Assembly: GCA_026002915.1 (NCBI GenBank)
Contig: BPGG01000001.1
Span: forward strand, 597,468-661,467
Direction of reading: 5' to 3'
Origin: Acidimicrobiales bacterium
Lineage (GTDB): Bacteria > Actinomycetota > Acidimicrobiia > Acidimicrobiales > BPGG01
DNA: 64,000 bases
Under the pieces are notes generated by a model. That model worked only from the letters and a program-made list of their open reading frames with translations, searched no databases and had not been told where the DNA came from. Made by a program: the position numbers and the translations under genes. How positions within the stretch are numbered: position 1 is the stretch's first letter; each line of letters begins with the position of its first letter. This document shows positions 17,345 through 26,222 of the stretch, piece by piece.

Positions 17345-18112
17345 TCAGAGACGAGCCGATCCGACGATGACGGGGAGGGTCTCGCTCAAAGACCCTCTCA
17401 CAACGACGTCTGCGATGTCGTCGTAGGGCGTCGGCTCGCCGTTGACGATCACGACCGCGGCACCGTGCGCCGCGGCCAGGGGGACGATCTCGCAGATTGG
17501 GAACACCGTGAGGCTCGTGCCCACCGCCATCATCAGATCACAGGTTCTGGCAGCTTCGTGGGCCCTTCGCAGGTGGTCGGGATCCAGCGGCTGTCCGAAC
17601 GAGACGGTCGCAGATTTCAGGATGCCGCCGCACTCCGGGCATCGCGGGTCCTCCTCTCCGGCCTTCACCCGCTCGAGTACCTCCAGCATGAGCTTCCGCC
17701 TCCCGCATGACAGGCAGACGGCCTCGCGGACGTTCCCGTGCACTTCGACGACGAGGTCGGGATCGTTCCCGGCGGCGTGATGCAGACCGTCGACGTTCTG
17801 TGTGACCAGCAGCTGCAGCTTCCCCCTGCGCTCGAGGTGTACGAGGGCCATGTGTCCCGGGTTTGGCCTGCGCTGCACACCGAGCATCTCGAGCCTGGAT
17901 CGCCATGCCTGCTTGCGAACCTCGGGATCGGACACGTACACGTCGATGTGGGCCGCTCGTTCGGCTGCCGGGTTCTTGGTCCATAGACCCTGCGGCCCAC
18001 GGAAGTCCGGTATGCCGCTGTCCGTCGAGATCCCGGCGCCCGCCAAGACGACGATCCGCCCAGCGGCGTCGACGAGGCGCCGTGCCTCGAGCACAGGGTC
18101 GGGAAAGTCCAC
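17345..18112 (-). CDS. cobB: NAD-dependent protein deacylase, Sir2 family (CobB-like)
   Basis: Motifs GAGISTDSGIPDFRG, QNVDGLH, HG and a zinc ribbon CLSCG...CPECGG. Track start 18202 adds 30 R/G/P-rich residues, so I prefer GTG 18112 (VDFPDPVLEARR). The start remains uncertain. Confidence 0.8.
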   Translation of the reverse strand: MDFPDPVLEARRLVDAAGRIVVLAGAGISTDSGIPDFRGPQGLWTKNPAAERAAHIDVYVSDPEVRKQAWRSRLEMLGVQRRPNPGHMALVHLERRGKLQLLVTQNVDGLHHAAGNDPDLVVEVHGNVREAVCLSCGRRKLMLEVLERVKAGEEDPRCPECGGILKSATVSFGQPLDPDHLRRAHEAARTCDLMMAVGTSLTVFPICEIVPLAAAHGAAVVIVNGEPTPYDDIADVVVRGSLSETLPVIVGSARL

Positions 18113-18210
18113 GTCACAAGTCTCGCCTACAGAACTCCGTCTGCGCGGCGGACGAGGCCGACCGGACCCACGAGCTGCTCCCGCGCACCCTCGATCAGGC
18201 ATGAAACATA

Positions 18211-18239
18211 TTGAAATTCATTGACACATCATGTTGAAT
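18211..18239 (+). promoter_or_regulatory. Candidate sigma-70-type promoter in an AT-rich island (TTGAAA, 17 nt, TTGAAT)
   Basis: The segment atgaaacatattgaaattcattgacacatcatgttgaatg (18201-18240) is conspicuously AT-rich in a GC-rich window. It sits between divergent genes, about 50 nt upstream of a GGAGG + GTG start at 18293. Hexamer assignment is by eye only. Confidence 0.3.
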
Positions 18240-18292
18240 GCCGTGGAGCAGTGTCGTGCTTCTACGCCAAGGCGACAACCGGAGGTACCCAA

Positions 18293-18817
18293 GTGACATC
18301 GACGAACCTCGAATCCCAGACGTTCTCCGCCCGACCCTCGCTCGTCCACGGAGCGGCCTCACGCATCGACGAACTGCGGCGGCCGACCATCACGGTCATC
18401 CCCTGGCCCGATCCCGTCGTGGAGGAGCTCGGCCACGACCCGCGATCCTGGTACGTGGAGCGCTTCTGGCTGCCGGTGCTGGGACCGTCGACCGTGCTGC
18501 TGCTCCGCCTGCTGAACGACGAACTCGACGACCACCCGGACGGGACGGAGTTGGAGGCGGTCGAAGTCGCCGGAGCGCTCGGCCTCTCGTGGCACGAGAA
18601 CGTGGGGAAGAACTCCCCGTTCGTGAGGACGCTCCTGCGCTCTTGTCAGTTCGGTTTCACACGGATCTGCGGTGAGGGCACCCTGGCGGTGCGCCGTGCC
18701 GTACCCGACCTCCCCCGTCGCCACCTCCGCCGCCTTCCGACCGGACTGCAGAAGATGCACGCAGAATGGATGAGGCGTCGGCTCTCCTCAGAGCCCCCCG
18801 ACCCTGCCGCGGCCTGA
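18293..18817 (+). CDS. Conserved hypothetical protein (no family recognised)
   Basis: Track ORF is 18221-18817. I start at GTG 18293 because GGAGG lies 8 nt upstream. The product contains IPWPDPVVEELGHDPRSWYVERFWLPVLGPSTVLLLRLL. No motif that I can name. Confidence 0.55.
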   Translation: MTSTNLESQTFSARPSLVHGAASRIDELRRPTITVIPWPDPVVEELGHDPRSWYVERFWLPVLGPSTVLLLRLLNDELDDHPDGTELEAVEVAGALGLSWHENVGKNSPFVRTLLRSCQFGFTRICGEGTLAVRRAVPDLPRRHLRRLPTGLQKMHAEWMRRRLSSEPPDPAAA

Positions 18818-18831
18818 GTCGAGGTCGCGAA

Positions 18832-20433
18832 TCAGCGGTGTCGTCGGAACGAGCGGAGGAACTCCACAAGCAGACGGACCCCGAAACCGGTGCCGCCTCG
18901 TGGCCACAGGGGGTCGGTGCCGTCGGACGACCAGACCGGGCCGGCTATGTCGAGATGCGCCCACGGGACGCCTTTGGGGACAAACTCGCCGAGGAACAGT
19001 GCCGCCTGAATGGCAGCACCCTGTCTCACCCCGACGTTGCGAAGGTCGGCGAAGTCGCTTGCGAGATACCTCCTGTAGGGGTGGTAGAGGGGCAGCCGCC
19101 AGACAGGTTCGTCTGCGATCTCCGCCGCTCTGCACAACGAGTCGGCGAGCCAGTCGCTGGTGGAGAACAGGCCTGCGATCTTCGAGCCGAGAGCGAGGTG
19201 GCAAGCGCCCGTGAGGGTCGCCACGTCGACTATCACGCTCGGGTCCTCCTCCGCGGCCAGGCTGAGTGCGTCGGCGAGCATCAGCCGACCCTCGGCGTCG
19301 GTGTTCAGCACCTCCACCGTCTTCCCGTCACGCATCCTCAGCACGTCGCCGGGCTTCAGGGACCGCGCGTCGACCATGTTCTCCGCCAGCGGACAGATCA
19401 CCGACACGTCGACGGCCATCTCCATCTCGGCAACTGCCATGAGGGCTGCGACCACGGCGGCAGCACCGCCCATGTCGTCCCGCATGGACATCATCCCCTC
19501 GTGCGACTTCAGGGAGAGCCCACCCGAGTCGAACGTCACCCCCTTTCCGACCAAGACCACACGACCCCGTGAGCGCTTCTCGGTCCGGTACCTGGCGATG
19601 AGCAGGCGAGGTTCGGACGCCGACCCTCGCGACACTCCCAACAGCCCGCCGAGCGACTCCGATTCGATGCGCCGCGCGTCCCACACCTCCACTTCCAGGT
19701 CCATTGCCAGAAAGAGCCCTTCGGCGACCTCACAGAAACGCTCGGGCGTGAGGTCTGAGGCCGGGGCGTTCACGAGCTCCCTCGCCAGGATCACCGCTCG
19801 TCCGACAGAACGTCCGTCCTCGATCGAGGTCCGGCCGCGCCTGCCACCCCTCCCCACGAGCACGAACCTTCGGCCGTCGTGATCCGACGCCGCGGCGCGA
19901 GGAGAATGGGATCCCAGCACGAGTCCCTCTGCCACGGCCCGTAGGGCTTCGCTCGCCGAGACACCCTCGGATGCGCCTTCGTGGATGGTGGTGGCCACCA
20001 CTTTCTGCCGCCTCGTGGCTGCCGCCAGAGAAGCCGCCGCCCGTCGAAGCTCCACGACACCCACCCGATCGGAGGGTCCGACACCGACGGCGAAGACCGT
20101 GACCCCGAGATCGTCGGGAAACGCCTCCACAGCACCCACCGAACCGTCGAAGCCCCTCGCTCGCAAGTACTCCCACGGGAGACCTCGGCTCTCGTCTCCC
20201 ATCTGGTCGGAGGCGACCGGCACCGCCAACGCGTCCAAGTCCACGGGCGCGCTCGACGAGAGCTCCACTGATGCCGGAGTGCTACGTACGACTATCCCGA
20301 TCGCGAACGGATCGATAGAGGGCTCCAAATCGCCGGACGTCTCCCTCGCCGAATCCGGAGAGGACTCGGCCGCCGAACGGGACGAGCGAGAGGACGACTT
20401 CGCCGAGGAGCGGGATCTCGGTCGGCCGGACAT
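18832..20433 (-). CDS. pepA: Leucyl aminopeptidase, M17 family
   Basis: 533-aa ORF with VGKGVTFDSGGLSLK, MRDDMGGAAAV and the M17 signature NTDAEGRLMLADAL. Confidence 0.9.
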   Translation of the reverse strand: MSGRPRSRSSAKSSSRSSRSAAESSPDSARETSGDLEPSIDPFAIGIVVRSTPASVELSSSAPVDLDALAVPVASDQMGDESRGLPWEYLRARGFDGSVGAVEAFPDDLGVTVFAVGVGPSDRVGVVELRRAAASLAAATRRQKVVATTIHEGASEGVSASEALRAVAEGLVLGSHSPRAAASDHDGRRFVLVGRGGRRGRTSIEDGRSVGRAVILARELVNAPASDLTPERFCEVAEGLFLAMDLEVEVWDARRIESESLGGLLGVSRGSASEPRLLIARYRTEKRSRGRVVLVGKGVTFDSGGLSLKSHEGMMSMRDDMGGAAAVVAALMAVAEMEMAVDVSVICPLAENMVDARSLKPGDVLRMRDGKTVEVLNTDAEGRLMLADALSLAAEEDPSVIVDVATLTGACHLALGSKIAGLFSTSDWLADSLCRAAEIADEPVWRLPLYHPYRRYLASDFADLRNVGVRQGAAIQAALFLGEFVPKGVPWAHLDIAGPVWSSDGTDPLWPRGGTGFGVRLLVEFLRSFRRHR

Positions 20434-20973
20434 TCAGGAAGCGTCGCCTCGCGCAGTCAACGTCTCCTCCTCGGCGCATCGCGCCATCACCCACAGCAGG
20501 TCCGAGAGCCGGTTCAGATATGCCACCACTCGGGAATCCTCGTGTGCCACGCACAGCACTTCGCGTTCGGCTCGCCGCACCACGCATCTGGCGAAGTCCA
20601 GGGACGCCGCCAACCTCCCGCCTCCGGGTACGACGAACTCTCGCGGCATCTCGAACGTCGCCATGAGACGGTCGATCTCCGACTCGAGGCGGGCGACCAT
20701 GTCGTCGGTGACGAGCGTCTCGCCGGGTCGGAGGCGCTCACGCGGCAAGTCGGCCGAGGCCAGCTCGGCCATCACTACCCACAGGTCCCTCTCGGCCCGT
20801 ACCAGCACCGTCTCCGTATCGGATCCCCTGCACTCCGCCCGGGCCAGGCCGATCGCCGCCTGGGCTTCGTCGACGGTGCCGTAGGCGCGCGGGAGAGGGT
20901 CGTCTTTCGACACCCTCACACCTCCGAGCAGGGAAGTGGTGCCGTCGTCCCCCCGACGGGTGTAGATCCTCAC
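20434..20973 (-). CDS. ATP:cob(I)alamin adenosyltransferase, PduO type
   Basis: Track ORF 20434-21672 is over-extended. The homologous part starts at GTG 20973 (VRIYTRRGDDGTTSLLGG, the family's N-terminal signature). About 179 aa. Its stop abuts the pepA start. Confidence 0.8.
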   Translation of the reverse strand: MRIYTRRGDDGTTSLLGGVRVSKDDPLPRAYGTVDEAQAAIGLARAECRGSDTETVLVRAERDLWVVMAELASADLPRERLRPGETLVTDDMVARLESEIDRLMATFEMPREFVVPGGGRLAASLDFARCVVRRAEREVLCVAHEDSRVVAYLNRLSDLLWVMARCAEEETLTARGDAS

Positions 20974-21180
20974 CCGACCGATCGTAACTGGAACGGCTCG
21001 ACTCGAAGCCCACCTCGATAAGCGTTGCAAACGAGCGGCACGCCGGTGCCCGGACAAAGCGCCGGTGACGAGCGCACGTCGACCCGGATAGAGACAACTC
21101 GGCGACACCCGGGGCGTCGCAGTCGCAGGCAAGAGTGGCCCCGCCGAGACGGGGGTACGCCGACTGTTAGCCTTTGACCG

Positions 21181-24100
21181 GTGACTTCCACCTCCACGTA
21201 CCTCGCCGCGGTCGCCGAACGCGTCGTCATCTTCGACGGCGCCACCGGCACGAACCTGCAGCGTCTCGGGCTCGGACCGGACGACTTCGGAGGACCGCAG
21301 TACGAGGGGTGCAACGAACACCTCGTCCTCACCCGTCCCGACGTGATCGCTGACTTGCACGCTTCGTTCTTCGAAGTAGGAGTCGACGTGGTGGAGACGG
21401 ACACGTTCGGCGCGTTCGCCGTTCCGCTGCGCGAGTACGGCCTCGAGGACAAGGCGTACGAGATCAACCGTCGTGCCGCCGAGATCGCGAGAGCGGTGGC
21501 GGACAAGTACTCGACCGAATCCCAGCCCCGATGGGTGGCCGGTTCCATAGGCCCGGGAACGAAACTCCCCTCCCTCGGACAGATCCGCTTCGCGGAGCTG
21601 CTCAACCACTACGAAGTCCAGGCCAGAGGACTTCTCGAAGGCGGCGTCGACCTGATAATCATCGAGACCCAATACGACCTGCTGGGAGCCAAGGCGGCGA
21701 TGATCGCCTCACGCCGCGCCATGCAGGCGGCCGGCAGGCAGGTGCCGCTGCAGGTCCAGGTGACGATCGAGCAGAACGGTCGAATGCTCCCCGGCACCGA
21801 GATCGGCGCCGCCCTGGCGGCACTGGACGCGATGCGCCCCGATGTGATCGGTCTCAACTGTGCGACGGGCCCGGCGGAGATGTTCGAACACGTCCGCTAC
21901 CTCTCCGAGCACGCCCGGATGCCGATCTCGGTGATCCCCAACGCCGGACTCCCCCAGGTCGTCGACGGCGAGATGCACTACGACCTGACGCCGTCAGAGC
22001 TCGCATCCCACCTCGCCGAGTTCATCACCGAGCTCGGCGTTCGCGTCGTCGGCGGGTGCTGTGGCACGACCCCGGAGCACCTCGCCGAAGTGGTGCGCCG
22101 ATGTCGTGGGCTCTCGCCCGCTCCCCGTGATCCGGTGCACGAGCCGGGGGCGGCTTCCATCTACAGCTTCACGCCCTTCCGCCAGGAGACCTCTTTCCTC
22201 ATCATCGGCGAGCGCGCGAACGCCAACGGCTCGAAGCGCTTCAGGGAAGCGATGCTCGCCGAGGACTGGGAGACCTGTGTGCGCATCGCGCGGGAGCAGG
22301 TCACCGAGGGAGCACACCTCGTAGACGTCTGCGTCGACTACACCGGGCGCGACGGGGTCGGAGACATGGACCAGATCGCGTCACGCCTCGCCGCCCAGTC
22401 CCCGGTGCCTCTCGTGCTCGACTCCACCGAACCAGAGGTGATGGAAGCCGGCCTGCAGTGGATCGGCGGGCGGGCCGTGCTCAACTCGGCGAACCTCGAA
22501 GACGGCGACGCGCCCGGCTCGAGGTGCGACAGGGTCTTCTCCCTGGCGAGGGAGTACGGCGCTGCGGTGATATGCCTGCTCATCGACGAAGAGGGACAGG
22601 CGCGCGACCTCGACTGGAAGATGCGGATAGCCCACAGGCTCTACCGCATAGCCACAGAGCGGTATGGGCTCGAACCTGGTGATCTCATCTTCGACGCCCT
22701 CACCTTCCCGCTCGGGACCGGAGGCGAGGAGTACAGGAGAGACGCGATCGCCACGATCGAGGCGATCCGCCGGATCAAGGCCGAGTTACCCGGCGTGTTC
22801 ACGACGCTCGGGGTGTCGAACGTGTCCTTCGGTCTCTCCCCTGCGATCAGGCCGGTGCTGAACTCCGTCTTCCTACACGAGTGCCTCGAGGCGGGTCTCG
22901 ACTCTGCGATCGTCCACGCCGGGCGGATAGTCCCACTCAGCCGCATACCCGAAGAACAGCGTCGGGTTTGTCTCGACCTCATCTACGACAGGCGCACCGA
23001 CTCCTACGACCCGTTGCTCACGCTCATGAACATGTTCTCCGACGTCGAGGTCGAGAGTCGCCCGAAGGAGGACCGCTCGTCGTGGCCGGTGGGTAGACGA
23101 CTCGCCCGCCGGATCGTCGACGGCGACCGGGAAGGGCTCGAGGCCGACCTCGACGAGGCCCTCGAGACGATGACTCCCCTGGAGATCATCAACGAGCATC
23201 TCCTCGAGGGGATGAAAGAGGTCGGCGAGCTGTTCGCCTCCGGAGAGATGCAGCTCCCGTTCGTCCTGCAGTCCGCCGAGACGATGAAGGCCGCCGTCGC
23301 CTACCTCGAACCCCACATGGAGAAGGTCGAGGGCTCGAGGCGAGGAAAGCTGGTGCTGGCGACCGTGAAGGGCGACGTGCACGACATCGGCAAGAACCTC
23401 GTCGACATCATCCTCTCGAACAACGGGTACGAGGTGCACAACCTCGGCATCAAGGTGCCGATCGCAGACATGATCGCAAAGGCGGAGGAGGTGGGAGCCG
23501 ACGCCATAGGCATGAGCGGCCTGCTCGTGAAGAGCACGCTGATCATGAGGGAGAACCTGGAGGAGCTGAACCGGCGAGGCCTCTCCCACATCCCCGTGCT
23601 GCTCGGTGGGGCTGCTCTCACTCGCACCTATGTGGAGCGGGACCTGCGCAAGGTTTACGAGGGACGTGTCTTCTACGGCCGAGACGCCTTCGAGGGGCTG
23701 CGGGTGATGGATCGTCTGATGAGGATCAAGAAGGGTGAAGAGCCTGACGATCCGTCGTGGGGCCGGGAGCCGGTCGAGTCGACCGTGAGATCGCGCATCG
23801 CGACCCGAGGTCGACAGGCGGACGTCGAGCTACCCAGGCGCTCGCCCGAAGTCGCAACCGACAACCCGATCCCCCGTCCACCTTTCCTCGGGTCGCGAAC
23901 CGTGAAGGGCCTCCCCATCGACGAGATAGCGGCATATCTCAACGAGACCGCGCTCTTCCGCAACCAGTGGCAGTTCAGGCCGAACAAGGGCGAGTCGGAC
24001 GAGGACTTCAAGGCACGTATCAGACCAGTCCTGGCCGAGCAGCTGGCAGTGGCCAAGGAACGGGGGATCCTCGTACCGCAAGTCGTGTACGGCTACTTCC

Positions 24101-24663
24101 CCGTGAACGCCGACGGAGACGACCTCGTCGTCTTCGAGGAAGACGACCGGGTGAACGAACGCGTCCGGTTCCACTTCCCCAGGCAGAAGGAGCACCCCTG
24201 GCTATGCATCGCCGACTTCTTCCGACCGATCGAGAGCGGCGAGGCCGACTACGCGGCGTTCCACATCGTGACGATGGGGCCGCAGGTTTCCCGAGTGACC
24301 GCCGAACTCTTCCAGAGCGGCCGCTACCGGGAGTATCTGTTCATGCACGGGCTCGGAGTCGAGATGGCGGAGGCCCTGGCGGAGTATTGGCACAAGCGCA
24401 TACGCGAAGAGTGGGGCATCGCCGACGAGGACGGTCCGACGCTCCAAGCCCTCTTCCGCCAGCAGTATCGGGGCGGACGCTACTCGTGGGGGTATCCCGC
24501 GTGTCCCGACCTCGAAGACAACTTCCTCGTCTGGAAGCTTCTCGAAGCCGAGCGGATCGGTGTCGTGGTGGGCGAAGACACCGCGTGGCAGTTCCAGCCG
24601 GAGCAGACCACTTCGGCGATCATCTGTCACCACCCTCAGGCGAAGTACTTCGTCGCTCGCTGA
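21181..24663 (+). CDS. metH: Cobalamin-dependent methionine synthase
   Basis: 1160-aa ORF. It has an Hcy-binding N-terminus, a pterin-binding region, the B12-binding DxHxxG motif (KGDVHDIGKNLV) and a C-terminal AdoMet reactivation domain. Confidence 0.95.
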   Translation: MTSTSTYLAAVAERVVIFDGATGTNLQRLGLGPDDFGGPQYEGCNEHLVLTRPDVIADLHASFFEVGVDVVETDTFGAFAVPLREYGLEDKAYEINRRAAEIARAVADKYSTESQPRWVAGSIGPGTKLPSLGQIRFAELLNHYEVQARGLLEGGVDLIIIETQYDLLGAKAAMIASRRAMQAAGRQVPLQVQVTIEQNGRMLPGTEIGAALAALDAMRPDVIGLNCATGPAEMFEHVRYLSEHARMPISVIPNAGLPQVVDGEMHYDLTPSELASHLAEFITELGVRVVGGCCGTTPEHLAEVVRRCRGLSPAPRDPVHEPGAASIYSFTPFRQETSFLIIGERANANGSKRFREAMLAEDWETCVRIAREQVTEGAHLVDVCVDYTGRDGVGDMDQIASRLAAQSPVPLVLDSTEPEVMEAGLQWIGGRAVLNSANLEDGDAPGSRCDRVFSLAREYGAAVICLLIDEEGQARDLDWKMRIAHRLYRIATERYGLEPGDLIFDALTFPLGTGGEEYRRDAIATIEAIRRIKAELPGVFTTLGVSNVSFGLSPAIRPVLNSVFLHECLEAGLDSAIVHAGRIVPLSRIPEEQRRVCLDLIYDRRTDSYDPLLTLMNMFSDVEVESRPKEDRSSWPVGRRLARRIVDGDREGLEADLDEALETMTPLEIINEHLLEGMKEVGELFASGEMQLPFVLQSAETMKAAVAYLEPHMEKVEGSRRGKLVLATVKGDVHDIGKNLVDIILSNNGYEVHNLGIKVPIADMIAKAEEVGADAIGMSGLLVKSTLIMRENLEELNRRGLSHIPVLLGGAALTRTYVERDLRKVYEGRVFYGRDAFEGLRVMDRLMRIKKGEEPDDPSWGREPVESTVRSRIATRGRQADVELPRRSPEVATDNPIPRPPFLGSRTVKGLPIDEIAAYLNETALFRNQWQFRPNKGESDEDFKARIRPVLAEQLAVAKERGILVPQVVYGYFPVNADGDDLVVFEEDDRVNERVRFHFPRQKEHPWLCIADFFRPIESGEADYAAFHIVTMGPQVSRVTAELFQSGRYREYLFMHGLGVEMAEALAEYWHKRIREEWGIADEDGPTLQALFRQQYRGGRYSWGYPACPDLEDNFLVWKLLEAERIGVVVGEDTAWQFQPEQTTSAIICHHPQAKYFVAR

Positions 24664-25309
24664 TCGGACGGGCCGGTACCCCTACGGCAGTGGACCCGGG
24701 AGGAAGGTCCCTGATCACCACCGCGCCCGCTCCGACCACGACCCACTCGCCGACGGTGACGCCCGGAATTACGGCCACGTGCGAGCCGAGCACCGATCCC
24801 GTTCCGATCCTCACGTTGCCGGAGATGTTCACGCTGGGATTCACCGTCACATAGTCGCCTATTACGCAGTCGTGGCCGACGGTGGCGTTCAGGTTCAGGT
24901 GGAAGTGGCGTCCTATCGTCACGTTCGTCGTGACCCGAGCCCCTGCGGCGATCACTGCGCCCGGTGCGATCCGCAGGTCCGACCCGAGCGTCGCAGAAGG
25001 ATGCACCAGAGTCGCCGCTTCGAGGCCGAGTTCACGGGCCACCAGATCCACCCGTCGCCTCGCAGCGCCGTCACCGATGCCGATCACGTAGCAGGCGTCG
25101 AAGTCGGACAAGGCTTCCACCGGGCCCAGGAGAGGCGCGCCTCTGCGCTCCAACGGGCCTTTGGCACTCGCAATGTCGTCGTCGAGGAAACCGAGTACGC
25201 GCCAAGTCGGCTCGACCCGGTTGATCGCCTCGACGATGTCGAGCACCTCCCTCCCGAAACCACCGGCTCCTACGATCACCAGGGAGCGAAGCGCCGAGGA
25301 TCCCATCAC
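24620..25309 (-). CDS. Sugar O/N-acetyltransferase, NeuD/PglD family (left-handed beta-helix)
   Basis: 229-aa ORF. N-terminal Rossmann-like LVIVGAGGFGREV, followed by hexapeptide repeats (IGRHFHLNLNATVGHDCVIGDYVTVNPSVNISGNVRIG). The 3' end overlaps the convergent metH by 44 nt. Confidence 0.8.
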   Translation of the reverse strand: MMGSSALRSLVIVGAGGFGREVLDIVEAINRVEPTWRVLGFLDDDIASAKGPLERRGAPLLGPVEALSDFDACYVIGIGDGAARRRVDLVARELGLEAATLVHPSATLGSDLRIAPGAVIAAGARVTTNVTIGRHFHLNLNATVGHDCVIGDYVTVNPSVNISGNVRIGTGSVLGSHVAVIPGVTVGEWVVVGAGAVVIRDLPPGSTAVGVPARPISERRSTSPEGGDR

Positions 25310-25374
25310 AGCAGCTCCCTGACGGTCACGGATCCCATCACACCAGTGCCCTCCGGCTCATGGATCCCATCACA
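25279..25374 (-). repeat. Three tandem 32-bp units, each beginning with the invariant 13-mer TGTGATGGGATCC (minus-strand reading)
   Basis: Read directly. The plus-strand 13-mer ggatcccatcaca occurs at 25298-25310, 25330-25342 and 25362-25374. The array spans the stop of gene 25370-26221 and the start of gene 24620-25309. Confidence 0.9.
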
Positions 25375-26221
25375 GCAACGCCCTGGCGACCAGGTCGGTG
25401 CCGAACGCGGTGAGGATGGCCAGATAGAGAAGCCCGGTCGTGGCCATCACCGCCGAGTAGCGAGGTTCGCGGAGCGCGGCCCGGGCTGCCACCAGAAGCC
25501 CTGCCGTCGTTGCCACAGAGAGGATCCACGCCCAGACCAGCAACCCACCCCATCCGTCACGCGACGGCGACCCCACCAAGGCAACCATCCCCGGTGGGAG
25601 CAGCAGCGCCGTGACTTCCACCGGCAGAACGAGCCCCGAGAGACGTACGAGTTCCTCCAGGGGTGCTCTCGGCAGGCCCGGCTGGACGAGATACCAGTGA
25701 CCGAGGAGCATCGCAGAAGTGACCGAGCCGAGGAAGAGTGCTCCCACGACCACGCGACCGATCTCGACGACTCCCGCGAGCCCTCCTACGCCCACCGCGA
25801 TCAGGGAGGTGCACCCGACGGTCGCGACCACGAGATCGAGGAGGGGTGGATACTCACGGGCCGTCGGGCCGTCGGAGCCGGCGGGCGGACGGCTCGCTTC
25901 CCTCCCGATCGCAGAGGCCACTCTCTGCCTTCGGGCCTCTGCGATCCGGCGGGCGGCTTCTCCGGTTCCCCTGCAAACGAGGGACGTACCGATTGCCACC
26001 CCGACCGCGGCTGCAAAGACGCCTGCCGCCCCCACCATGCCGCCGGGCGCGCCCCCCACGACCCGGGCCGTCGCCACAGACGCCACGGCGAGTGCCAACG
26101 AGACGACGCGGTTCACGATCCCGTACCCGGGTGACACCAGACGATGACGGCCCGTCACCCAACAGAACGCCATGATTCCGACGCCCCACTGGAGGAAGAC
26201 GACCGCACCGTGCAGGTCCAC
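25370..26221 (-). CDS. Integral membrane protein of unknown function
   Basis: 283-aa ORF with several hydrophobic helices flanking a central charged loop (EAARRIAEARRQRVASAIGREASRPP). GTG start lies 1 nt after the upstream stop. Confidence 0.55.
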   Translation of the reverse strand: MDLHGAVVFLQWGVGIMAFCWVTGRHRLVSPGYGIVNRVVSLALAVASVATARVVGGAPGGMVGAAGVFAAAVGVAIGTSLVCRGTGEAARRIAEARRQRVASAIGREASRPPAGSDGPTAREYPPLLDLVVATVGCTSLIAVGVGGLAGVVEIGRVVVGALFLGSVTSAMLLGHWYLVQPGLPRAPLEELVRLSGLVLPVEVTALLLPPGMVALVGSPSRDGWGGLLVWAWILSVATTAGLLVAARAALREPRYSAVMATTGLLYLAILTAFGTDLVARALL

Positions 26222-26222
26222 G

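Noticed and set aside
15198-18202. ThiF/E1-like + radical SAM + Sir2 neighbourhood considered as a possible anti-phage defence island
   Set aside because: Each protein looks like the housekeeping family member: MoeZ-type with rhodanese, a PflX-type activase, and a CobB-type Sir2 with an intact zinc ribbon and no effector or sensor fusion. No ubiquitin-like, JAB, TIR, nuclease or NTPase partners are present.
20974-21672. Upstream 230-aa extension of ORF 20434-21672, and a possible cobalamin/SAM riboswitch in the spacer
   Set aside because: The extension has no homology-like pattern, and the PduO signature starts at GTG 20973. I could not find a B12 box, a GCCACTG core or SAM-I/IV conserved segments by eye, so no riboswitch is claimed.
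24560-26134. 524-aa plus-strand ORF
   Set aside because: It is antisense to the acetyltransferase and membrane-protein genes. It is extremely Arg/His/Pro-rich with no motifs.
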